In this document: positions 1 to 8,034 of the stretch, in pieces
How the letters are laid out: every line of letters begins with the position of its first letter
How positions within the stretch are numbered: the stretch's first letter is position 1
Assembly: GCA_029553295.1 (NCBI GenBank)
Contig: JAKPCK010000051.1
Location: forward strand, 4,738 to 68,737
Length of the DNA: 64,000 bases
Direction of reading: 5' to 3'
Origin: Deltaproteobacteria bacterium
GTDB lineage: Bacteria > Desulfobacterota > Syntrophorhabdia > Syntrophorhabdales > Syntrophorhabdaceae
The notes under the pieces: generated by a model
The model's database searches: none
The model's input: the letters and a program-made list of their open reading frames with translations, nothing else
What the model was told of the DNA's origin: nothing
Made by a program: the position numbers and the translations under genes

Positions 1-2253
1 AAGGCCATAAATACCATATTCGAGGGCACACAAGACCCCTTTTTATTCAATGAACTCCAGTTTATACCTGTGAGATCTGGAGACCCTGATAAACAGGGTG
101 ACCTCAAGATAAGGGGTAAACCAGACATCTCTCCCTTGAAGATATGGTTTTTAGAGAGGACAGAGGATAAAAAATTTATAAACGCACCTGAGGCAAGAAA
201 TGCCATATATAACGCCACAGCAGACGAGATTGTAAGGCTTGTCACCATGGGTGATAGGGGTGAGATACAGATAGACGACAGACCCCTATCTGCAAAGGAT
301 ATAGCTATTCTTGTGAGAAAAAACAGAGAGGCAATCCAGATGCAGAGGGCATTAAATAGGGTGAATATACATGGTGTTATATACAGTTCAGATAGTATAT
401 TCGCAAGCTCCGAGGCAAAAGACATCCTCTATATCATCTCTGCCATAAATGAACCAGGTGATGAATCAAGACTAAAGGCTGCCATGATAACGGATATAGT
501 AGGCCTAAAGGCAGATGAACTTGCAAGGATGACAGAGGATGAGAGGCAGTGGAATGAATATGTGGAGAGATACGAATCTTATAAGAATCTGTGGATAAGA
601 AACGGCTTTATAAATATGGCAAGGCAGCTCCTTTCACAGGAGAAGGTAAAGGCAAGACTCCTTTCGATGCCCCAGGGTGAACGTAGGCTCACCAATGTCC
701 TCCATTTAATAGAGCTTATACACAAGGCCTGTGTCCGGCAGAGGCTTAGCATAGAGGGTGCAATAAAATGGCTGGAAAACAAGATAGAAAAGGAGGGTGC
801 ATCCCAGGCCGAAGAATATCAGTTGAGACTCGAGACAGATGAAGAGGCTGTAAAGATTGTTACCATTCACAGGAGTAAGGGGCTCGAATATCCTGTGGTA
901 TTCTGCCCTTTGACCTGGGGACAGACAGGTTCAGACAAAAAAGATATAGTTATGTTTCACGATGAAAAGAACAACTACTCCCTTAAGATAGATATAAAAA
1001 CCAACCCTGAAGAATCATCTAATAAACATATGGAGATTGAGAGACTTGCAGAAGACATAAGAATCCTCTATGTTGCCATGACAAGGGCAAAAAAGAGGTG
1101 TTATATTGCCTGGGGTGGCATAAATACCTCAGAGGGTTCAGGTCTTGGATATATCCTCCACTCTCACAATGCATTATCAGATGGCTTTTCCTTAGAAGGG
1201 ATGAAGAGATATATAAAAAATCTATCTGACAATGACATAAGGTCAAGGCTCCATGAGCTTGTTAGAGAATCAGACAATACCATAGAGGTTATACCCCTGC
1301 CAGCTTATGAAGGTAAACCCTATGAATACTGCTCATCAAGGGAAGACACATTAAGCCCAAGGTTATTTAAAGGCAATATAGATAAGACATGGCGTGTGGT
1401 AAGCTTTTCTTCCCTCATATCCACAAGGCAGCAGATAGCAGAACTGCCTGACAGGGATACAGGCATAAGAACCCACCTGATTGAATCTATAGGCGTGCCT
1501 ACTCAAAGGGATGACATATTTGGTTTTCCCTCAGGGACAAAGGCAGGCTCATGCCTCCACGAGATATTGGAGCATATAGATTTTTCATTAAAAGATCACG
1601 ATGAGGCAAAGACACTGATTGATGAAAAGCTGTCCCAATATGGGTTTGAAAGAGCATGGTTAGATACAATATTCAATAAGATAAAGGATGTCTTAACAGC
1701 ACCTCTTGATGCCTGTAATGAGACATTCACCCTCTCCATGATAAAAAAAGACCAAAGGCTCCATGAGCTTGAGTTCTATCTACCTTTAAACCTTATTAAA
1801 CCCAAGGGCTTGGGGAAGATACTGGGTAAACATCCCGGTTTTACTGAAGATAAAAACCCGGAAGAACTCATAATGAATCTCGGCTTTTCTCCGGTCGAGG
1901 GCATGATGAGGGGTTTTATGGATATGGTCTTTGAATACAAGGGCAGGTTTTATATAGTAGACTGGAAGTCAAACCTTTTAGGGGACAGGATAGAGGATTA
2001 TAATGGGGAAACAATAAAAAAGGTAATGGCTGATGAGTATTATTTCCTCCAGTATCACCTCTATACAGTTGCGCTGAACAGCCTTCTTTCCTTCAGGGAC
2101 AGAGGCTATTCCTATGAGAAAAAATTCGGCGGTATATTCTACATATTCATAAGGGGTGTATGGCCTGATAAAGGCAATGACTACGGCATATTCTATGACA
2201 TACCAAAAAAAGAACTTATAGACGAACTTACAGCCTATTTAAAGGGTTCTTAA
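1..2253 (+). CDS. recB: Exodeoxyribonuclease V beta subunit RecB, C-terminal part (5' partial, gene starts upstream of window)
   Basis: Frame is open from nt 1. Helicase motif VI VTIHRSKGLEYPVVF. RecB-type nuclease motifs GFMDMVFEYKGRFYIVDWKSN and QYHLYTVAL near the C-terminus. recD follows 4 nt later. Confidence 0.9.
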   Translation, partial: KAINTIFEGTQDPFLFNELQFIPVRSGDPDKQGDLKIRGKPDISPLKIWFLERTEDKKFINAPEARNAIYNATADEIVRLVTMGDRGEIQIDDRPLSAKDIAILVRKNREAIQMQRALNRVNIHGVIYSSDSIFASSEAKDILYIISAINEPGDESRLKAAMITDIVGLKADELARMTEDERQWNEYVERYESYKNLWIRNGFINMARQLLSQEKVKARLLSMPQGERRLTNVLHLIELIHKACVRQRLSIEGAIKWLENKIEKEGASQAEEYQLRLETDEEAVKIVTIHRSKGLEYPVVFCPLTWGQTGSDKKDIVMFHDEKNNYSLKIDIKTNPEESSNKHMEIERLAEDIRILYVAMTRAKKRCYIAWGGINTSEGSGLGYILHSHNALSDGFSLEGMKRYIKNLSDNDIRSRLHELVRESDNTIEVIPLPAYEGKPYEYCSSREDTLSPRLFKGNIDKTWRVVSFSSLISTRQQIAELPDRDTGIRTHLIESIGVPTQRDDIFGFPSGTKAGSCLHEILEHIDFSLKDHDEAKTLIDEKLSQYGFERAWLDTIFNKIKDVLTAPLDACNETFTLSMIKKDQRLHELEFYLPLNLIKPKGLGKILGKHPGFTEDKNPEELIMNLGFSPVEGMMRGFMDMVFEYKGRFYIVDWKSNLLGDRIEDYNGETIKKVMADEYYFLQYHLYTVALNSLLSFRDRGYSYEKKFGGIFYIFIRGVWPDKGNDYGIFYDIPKKELIDELTAYLKGS

Positions 2254-2257
2254 AGAC

Positions 2258-4024
2258 ATGGCAGAGAGAAACGAAACTGGTTTTTCAGGCATACACAGGT
2301 ATTTTGCAGATTTTATGGTATCCCTGTCCAATAACCTGTCTCAAGATGAAAAAAGATACCTCTGGCTTGCCTCTGCCCTGGTGAGTTATTTTGTAGAAAA
2401 AGGGCATATCTGTATAGACCTTCAGGGACTTGCAGGCACAGAACACCCTATTGATGAAGATGACAGATTTAAGTCTGTTAGATGCCCAGATTTAAGTTTA
2501 TGGTTGGATGCACTGAAAAAAGCAGATGTAGTAGGTGGGCCACAGGAGAAAAGACCCCTTATACTCACTGACAATGGCAGGCTCTATTTAAATAGATACT
2601 GGCAATACGAGAGGTCTTTTATCGGGGGCATAATAAGGAAATTAAACCTCTCCACTGATTGCATAGACGAGGCCTCCTTGGATAAGATTCTCAACAGGCT
2701 GTTTCCAAATCAACACGAAAAAGAAGAGGATATGCAGAGAAAGGCAGCAAAGAATGCGGCAACAAAAAATTTTCTCGTCATATCAGGCGGGCCGGGTACA
2801 GGGAAGACATTCACCATAGTCAAGATTATCGCCCTATTATTAGAACTAAGCAATAACAAGCTGTCAATAGCACTGGCTGCCCCAACAGGAAAGGCTGCTC
2901 AACGATTAAAGGCAGTGATAAAGGATGCAAGGGATAAGATTGACTGCCCAGATGAAATCAAAAGACATATCCCAGAGGATGTTTTAACCATACACAGGCT
3001 CCTCGGGGCATCATACAGGACAAGGCGTTTTAGGTTCCATGAGGATAACCCCTTACCTTACGATGTAATCATCATAGATGAGGCATCCATGATTGACCTA
3101 CCCCTCATGTCAAAATTTCTTTCGGCAATACCCATAAAGACAAGGCTGATACTCGTGGGCGATAAGGACCAGCTCTCATCAGTGGAGCCTGGTGCTGTAT
3201 TTGGGGATATATGTGAGGGTGCAGAGGATATTGATAGCTCTATTGTCATACTGAAAAAGAATTATCGTTTCACTGAAGATAGTGGTATAGGTATATTGAG
3301 TGAGCTGGTGAAACAGGGCAGGGGTAAAGATGCATTAAATATACTAAAGGCGGGTAGATATGAGGACATCATATGGCACCATATCCCTTCCCCTGATATC
3401 CTGCCCATGATGATAGAAAAAAGCATTACAGATAGGTATTCAAGATATATAAAGTCCACTGATGTGGAAGAGGCCTTCAGGTATTTCGACGAGTTTCATG
3501 TCTTATGTGCATTGAGACACGGTCCGTATGGTGTTATTGCCGTCAATGAATTGATAGAGAAAGACCTGGAGAAAAAGGGGTTGATAAAAATAACAGGCCG
3601 GTGGTATAGAGGAAAACCTGTAATGATTACTGTCAATGACTATTCATTGAAGCTGTTCAATGGAGATACAGGCATAGTATTTCCCGATAGAGACAATAAG
3701 GATATGCTCAGGGTATACTTTAAAACAGAAGACGGGGGACTCAGAAAGGTGGTTCCTGCAAGGATTGGTGACTATGAGACTGCATATTCCATAACAGTCC
3801 ACAAGAGCCAGGGCTCTGAATTCAACGATATCATCATTATCCTCCCGGATAGGTCATCGGAGATATTGACAAGGGAACTCATCTACACCGCTATTACAAG
3901 GGCAAAAAGAGGGGTCGAGATATGGGGTAATGAAGACGTATTTATAGAGGCAGTGGAAAAAAGGATAGAAAGACAGTCGGGGATAAGGGATGCCCTGTTT
4001 TCTATCCCCCGAAATCAGGGTTAA
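2258..4024 (+). CDS. recD: Exodeoxyribonuclease V alpha subunit RecD
   Basis: Walker A GGPGTGKTF, Walker B IIIDEASM, LVGDKDQLSSVEPG and SITVHKSQGSEF SF1 helicase motifs. Lies directly downstream of recB. Confidence 0.9.
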   Translation: MAERNETGFSGIHRYFADFMVSLSNNLSQDEKRYLWLASALVSYFVEKGHICIDLQGLAGTEHPIDEDDRFKSVRCPDLSLWLDALKKADVVGGPQEKRPLILTDNGRLYLNRYWQYERSFIGGIIRKLNLSTDCIDEASLDKILNRLFPNQHEKEEDMQRKAAKNAATKNFLVISGGPGTGKTFTIVKIIALLLELSNNKLSIALAAPTGKAAQRLKAVIKDARDKIDCPDEIKRHIPEDVLTIHRLLGASYRTRRFRFHEDNPLPYDVIIIDEASMIDLPLMSKFLSAIPIKTRLILVGDKDQLSSVEPGAVFGDICEGAEDIDSSIVILKKNYRFTEDSGIGILSELVKQGRGKDALNILKAGRYEDIIWHHIPSPDILPMMIEKSITDRYSRYIKSTDVEEAFRYFDEFHVLCALRHGPYGVIAVNELIEKDLEKKGLIKITGRWYRGKPVMITVNDYSLKLFNGDTGIVFPDRDNKDMLRVYFKTEDGGLRKVVPARIGDYETAYSITVHKSQGSEFNDIIIILPDRSSEILTRELIYTAITRAKRGVEIWGNEDVFIEAVEKRIERQSGIRDALFSIPRNQG

Positions 4025-4220
4025 TAAACTCTATCCTGTCACCCTGTTTAACAATGGTGGATCCGTATCTCTGGGGGAATACATACCTGTTGTTCTGCTC
4101 TACAATCAGTCCGCCATCCCTCTCATTGTAAATCTCTATAAGCCCTGCTATGGTAATATCTTTAGGGACAACCTCCCTGACGCCGTTTATTACAACCTCA
4201 ATCTTATCCCTGGCCGCCAT
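4002..4220 (-). CDS. ThiS/MoaD-family sulfur carrier (ubiquitin-like, C-terminal GG)
   Basis: 72 aa ending ...RIEFINPDFGG-stop. Sits 20 nt downstream of the ThiF-like gene on the same strand. Confidence 0.7.
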   Translation of the reverse strand: MAARDKIEVVINGVREVVPKDITIAGLIEIYNERDGGLIVEQNNRYVFPQRYGSTIVKQGDRIEFINPDFGG

Positions 4221-4240
4221 CTTACCTCCTCTTTAAAACT

Positions 4241-5014
4241 CTATAAACCTGCCCTGTATCTACTGCAGACAGGGCATTCAGGGTTTTTTTCTACCTTCAC
4301 CTCCCTAAAGAGCATATCTATACCTGAAAAATATAATAATCTCCCCTTTAATGTGCCCTCTATGCCCAGTATAAGCTTTATGGCCTCCATAACCTGGATA
4401 GATGCAATAATCCCAGGTGTAGGCCCTACAACGCCGATAGCCCCTTTCTTTTTTATGTCAAAGGGGAATAAGCAGTCAAAACACGGGGTCTCATGGGGGA
4501 CAAAGGTGGTAACCATACCGCTGAAACCGTCAACACCACCGTATATAAAGGGTATGGATTTTTCAAGGGATACACGGTTCAAGACCCTTCTTGTCTCAAG
4601 GTTATCTGTTGCATCCACTATGATAGAGGCATCTGCTATAAATGCTGATGACTCTAAATCATCTATGGAACCTGTAATTGCCTCTATATTACAGTAAGGA
4701 TTTAGTCTTTTTAATTTCTCCAGGGCAGAAACAGATTTTTCCTTTCCCATATCATCTGTCCAGTGGATGACCTGACGGTTCAGATTGGTGGTATCCACCA
4801 CATCCCTATCAATAATCCTCAAGCTTCCTATACCTGCTGCAACGAGATACATGGAAGAAATAGAGCCGAGCCCGCCGAGCCCTGCAACAAAAACACAGGC
4901 ATCTTTCAGTCTTTTCTGTCCTTCTATGCCGATTAAGGGCATGATTATCTGTCTGTTGTATCTTCTGAGCTCCTCTTCTGACAATGATATTTCTCTCTGG
5001 CCTGTATATTTCAT
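4241..5014 (-). CDS. ThiF/MoeB/HesA-family E1-like adenylyltransferase
   Basis: GLGGLGS nucleotide loop and two CxxC pairs (CFDC, CPVC). Its 257 aa is typical of the family. Confidence 0.8.
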   Translation of the reverse strand: MKYTGQREISLSEEELRRYNRQIIMPLIGIEGQKRLKDACVFVAGLGGLGSISSMYLVAAGIGSLRIIDRDVVDTTNLNRQVIHWTDDMGKEKSVSALEKLKRLNPYCNIEAITGSIDDLESSAFIADASIIVDATDNLETRRVLNRVSLEKSIPFIYGGVDGFSGMVTTFVPHETPCFDCLFPFDIKKKGAIGVVGPTPGIIASIQVMEAIKLILGIEGTLKGRLLYFSGIDMLFREVKVEKNPECPVCSRYRAGL

Positions 5015-5025
5015 GCTATCAGCTT

Positions 5026-5054
5026 ATATTAATTGAGAAATTTTATGGAGTCAA
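5026..5054 (-). promoter_or_regulatory. Candidate sigma-70 promoter for the thiF-like gene (TTGACT-17 nt-TAATAT on minus strand)
   Basis: Reverse complement of 5049-5054 is TTGACT and of 5026-5031 is TAATAT, with a 17-nt spacer. The -10 ends 11 nt before the ATG and no Shine-Dalgarno lies between. Confidence 0.35.
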
Positions 5055-5076
5055 GGGTTTATCTTGATGAATTTCA

Positions 5077-5105
5077 TTGCTTAAAAGTCAATTTTTTTGT
5101 AATAT
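5077..5105 (+). promoter_or_regulatory. Candidate sigma-70 promoter for the small basic ORF and pfk (TTGCTT-17 nt-TAATAT)
   Basis: TTGCTT at 5077-5082 and TAATAT at 5100-5105 with a 17-nt spacer, in the divergent intergenic region. Confidence 0.3.
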
Positions 5106-5210
5106 ACAAAGGATTGCAGAAAAAACCAATGTTTTTTCCAATCAGTTATTGCAAAAATAAAAAAGTAAGGTTATCTTTTGATAAATTTATCCAGAATGAG
5201 GTGATAGATA

Positions 5211-5303
5211 ATGGGCAGTGTTTTAAAATGGCGTAAAAAGAAGATAAGAAAGCATAAATACAGAAAACTTAGAAGAAGAACAAGACACCAGAGAAGAAAG
5301 TAA
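5211..5303 (+). CDS. 30-aa highly basic peptide, bS22-like small ribosomal protein candidate
   Basis: ATG...TAA of 31 codons encoding MGSVLKWRKKKIRKHKYRKLRRRTRHQRRK. GAGGTGA at 5198-5204 lies 6 nt upstream. Too short for the ORF track. Confidence 0.55.
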   Translation: MGSVLKWRKKKIRKHKYRKLRRRTRHQRRK

Positions 5304-5339
5304 CGCAGGTTCTCCTTCTAAAGAGGAAAAGGGGTTATT

Positions 5340-6599
5340 ATGGACAATGGTCTCATAGGCATAGTTGTTGGAGGGGGGCCAGCCCCCGGCATAAACGGGG
5401 TTATAAGCTCTGCAACCATTGAGGCGATAAACCACGGTAAAAAGGTAATAGGCATTGTCGGTGGTTTTAAACCTCTTTTAGAGGGCGATACCAAGAGCAT
5501 TATACATCTCACCATAGACCTTGTCTCACGGCTGCATACTACAGGGGGTTCCATACTAAAGACATCCCGTGATGCACCAGGTGATGTGAAAAAGAATTTC
5601 AAAACCCTCATGTCAACACTAAAAAAGATAGGCATAAAAAACCTCATCACCATAGGCGGCGAAGGCACACTCTTTATGGCAAAATGGATAGAGCAGGAGG
5701 CAAGGGGTTCCATAAATGTTGTCCATATGCCAAAGACAATAGATAATGACATACCCCTGCCAGGTGGGTTCTCTACCTTTGGCTATCAGACTGCAAGGCA
5801 TGTAGGTGTCGAGATAGTGAAAAATATCATGGAAGATGCAAAGACCATGGGCAGGTGGTATTTCATATCAACAATGGGGCGTCACACCGGACACCTTGCC
5901 CTCGGTATAGCTAAAGCAGCAGGTGCAACAATAGCATTGATACCAGAGGAGTTCCCGGAGAAAAAACTATCCTTTAAAAAGGCTGCCGACATACTGACAG
6001 GTTCAATTATCAAAAGGCTTTCTATGGGTAGAGACCATGGCGTAGCAATAATGGCAGAGGGGATATCAGAAAAATTCCACATAGAGGAATTGAGCCAGTA
6101 TGAAGACATTGAGAGGGATGAAAAGGGTGGTATAAGGCTATCGGATATACAGCTTGGCAGGGTACTTAAGAATTTTGTTATAGAAACGTTAAAATCACTG
6201 GGTATAAATGCCACAATAGTAGACAAAAATATAGGCTATGAATTAAGGGCAGCCGAGCCCATACCCTTTGACATTGAATACACAAGAAACTTAGGATACG
6301 GTGCTGTTCATTTTCTCTTAAGGGGTGGGACAGGGGCATTGATTGCCTTTTATGAAGGAAACCTGAGACCCATACCCTTTGTTGAACTCTTTGACTACAA
6401 TACAGGCAAGGTCAAGATGAGGTATGTGGATATGACATCCCAGTCCTATGAAGTAGCAAGAAACTATATGATAAGGCTCGAAAAAGAAGACTTCCAGGGT
6501 GAGAGGCTAAAAAATATCGCCCGTGCAACTAATCTGACTCCAGAGGAGTTTAAAGAGAGATTCAGCTACATAGTAGAGACACCATATATCCATCAATAA
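5340..6599 (+). CDS. 6-phosphofructokinase, long (~420 aa) form, possibly PPi-dependent
   Basis: GGGPAPGINGVI, IGGEGT, MPKTIDNDI and TMGR motifs of the PFK family. Confidence 0.9.
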   Translation: MDNGLIGIVVGGGPAPGINGVISSATIEAINHGKKVIGIVGGFKPLLEGDTKSIIHLTIDLVSRLHTTGGSILKTSRDAPGDVKKNFKTLMSTLKKIGIKNLITIGGEGTLFMAKWIEQEARGSINVVHMPKTIDNDIPLPGGFSTFGYQTARHVGVEIVKNIMEDAKTMGRWYFISTMGRHTGHLALGIAKAAGATIALIPEEFPEKKLSFKKAADILTGSIIKRLSMGRDHGVAIMAEGISEKFHIEELSQYEDIERDEKGGIRLSDIQLGRVLKNFVIETLKSLGINATIVDKNIGYELRAAEPIPFDIEYTRNLGYGAVHFLLRGGTGALIAFYEGNLRPIPFVELFDYNTGKVKMRYVDMTSQSYEVARNYMIRLEKEDFQGERLKNIARATNLTPEEFKERFSYIVETPYIHQ

Positions 6600-6616
6600 G
6601 GTCAAAAGAAATACAG

Positions 6617-6672
6617 GCGATAGGTGATAGGCTATAGGTGATAGGTGATAGGTTATAGGTGATAGATGATAG
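6617..6672. repeat. Tandem heptanucleotide array, 8 units of G[T/C][G/T]ATAG
   Basis: Read directly: gcgatag gtgatag gctatag gtgatag gtgatag gttatag gtgatag atgatag. Lies in the convergent intergenic region after pfk. Confidence 0.9.
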
Positions 6673-6735
6673 GCTTATAAGGCCTAAAATCCCGTTATTA
6701 GTGTGGAATAACTCCGGAGCAAGACCCATGGGTCT

Positions 6736-8034
6736 CTATTCCTGAACTACATCCTGTCTTTTAATGGGGATAAATAGGAATTTTATAACCTTGCTATCCA
6801 TCCCCAGTAGACCAGAAAAAAGTTCAAAGCCCATCCCGTCAGGCTCTTTTTTTATCTCAAAGATAAAGGCAAATCTCTTCCTCCAACTCTGGGCATCCTC
6901 TTCTTGTGTATAGAGGCCATAGAGTATATTTGTAATAAGTCTATCCCCCTTTTTTTTCTTTTCATATAATGTAATCAAAGGCTTTATTATCACATCCACC
7001 CCTTCATATCTAAGGGGTAATATGGAAGGAAAATAGAAATTATAATCACCCTTATTGCCCCTGTATTCAAAAAAAGGCCAGATGTTGAAGAAACTGCCCT
7101 TTTCATCCTCTATGTATCTGTTTATAACAAGAAGCCACCTATAGAGATACCTTTCATCACCTCTATACCACACTGAATCTCTATATACAGGCCATAAGAC
7201 AGAATATTTAATGTCCTTTTCATTTCTATCATAGGTATAAAAAGGAAATACGCTTATGCCCTCTCTGTCCTCACCCTCAATCTTTGTATAGATAGGCCAG
7301 AAAAGATCAAGCTGTGTCTTATACTCTGTCTTTTGTCTTGTATAGATAGGCCACATTACAGATTTGAACTCGCTCTTTTTTGACTTTGCATCAAGATAAA
7401 AGGGTATGGCGAAAAATGATTTTACAGGGTCTTCTGTATTGAGCCCCTTTTGACCTTGAAAAAAGATGGGCCATAGAAAAAAACTCGATTTGCTCTCACC
7501 CTCTCTGTTTCTGTAGCCAAAAAGAGGCCACATCTTTATACCCTCTTCCTTCCCGCTATAGAATGCAAAGAAAGGCCATAGGATATTTGTCTTTCTTGCC
7601 TTGTTGGCCTCTGAATAGCTGTAGATGGGCCACATAAAAAAACCCATCTCGTCTTTGTTAAACCTGTCATAGAGCCTCCCATAAAAAGGAAAAACCCCGA
7701 AATAACTACCTTTTTTTGATTCACCCCAAAAAAAGGGGAAAATGGCTGTGTTATCCCTGTTATCATCATTTTTTTTCATAAAAAAGGGGACAAAATAGGA
7801 TGTATCTTGATTGGTCTTACCCAAAGGATAGAGATATCTGTAAGTGCCACCATCCTGAGAATCATACGAGAATAGAAGGGGCCTTATGGCCAATGTGGTG
7901 GATTCCTTGTCTTTTTTGTAAGAAAAAAGGGGGCCTAAAAAATTCCTCTCCCCATCGAGCTCCCATGTCAGGGGCCAGAAGGCATTTAATGTGCAGGGAA
8001 ATAAGAAAATCAGTAAAAGTATTATCCGTATCAA
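6736..8034 (-). CDS. Secreted repeat protein of unknown function (about 17 hydrophobic-Pro-hydrophobic-Phe/Tyr repeats), last gene of the Mla operon
   Basis: N-terminal signal peptide MIRIILLLIFLFPCTLNA. Motifs WPIY, WPFF, WPLF, WPVY, FPFY and similar recur every ~20-25 aa. Its start overlaps the mlaD stop by 4 nt. Confidence 0.75.
   Translation of the reverse strand: MIRIILLLIFLFPCTLNAFWPLTWELDGERNFLGPLFSYKKDKESTTLAIRPLLFSYDSQDGGTYRYLYPLGKTNQDTSYFVPFFMKKNDDNRDNTAIFPFFWGESKKGSYFGVFPFYGRLYDRFNKDEMGFFMWPIYSYSEANKARKTNILWPFFAFYSGKEEGIKMWPLFGYRNREGESKSSFFLWPIFFQGQKGLNTEDPVKSFFAIPFYLDAKSKKSEFKSVMWPIYTRQKTEYKTQLDLFWPIYTKIEGEDREGISVFPFYTYDRNEKDIKYSVLWPVYRDSVWYRGDERYLYRWLLVINRYIEDEKGSFFNIWPFFEYRGNKGDYNFYFPSILPLRYEGVDVIIKPLITLYEKKKKGDRLITNILYGLYTQEEDAQSWRKRFAFIFEIKKEPDGMGFELFSGLLGMDSKVIKFLFIPIKRQDVVQE

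Noticed and set aside
3990-4697. 235-aa plus-strand ORF spanning the ThiS/ThiF-like region
   Set aside because: It is antisense to two genes with clear family motifs (GG terminus; GLGGLGS and CxxC pairs). Composition is low-complexity and Ser/Pro/Leu-rich, and no motif was seen. It is a shadow ORF.
4002-5014. ThiS/ThiF pair as a ubiquitin-like conjugation or anti-phage (Bil/E1-E2-type) system
   Set aside because: No E2-like, JAB/deubiquitinase or effector gene is adjacent. The E1 is of minimal ThiF/MoeB size. A sulfur-carrier role is the simpler reading.
5015-5210. Possible TPP riboswitch upstream of the ThiS/ThiF-like genes
   Set aside because: Reading the minus strand, I found no CUGAGA core or the pyrimidine-sensing helix consensus. 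The distance from the best promoter to the ATG is also too short for a riboswitch.
5033-5236. 67-aa ORF in the thiF/pfk intergenic region
   Set aside because: It lies across the candidate promoters, has no RBS and has AT-rich codon composition. It also overlaps the better-supported 30-codon basic ORF.
5318-5752. 144-aa minus-strand ORF inside pfk
   Set aside because: It is antisense to a gene with unambiguous PFK motifs and has no features of its own.
6617-6672. Tandem heptamer arrays (here and at 34608) as CRISPR arrays
   Set aside because: The units are 7 nt and contiguous with no spacers, and no cas genes are present. These are simple tandem repeats.
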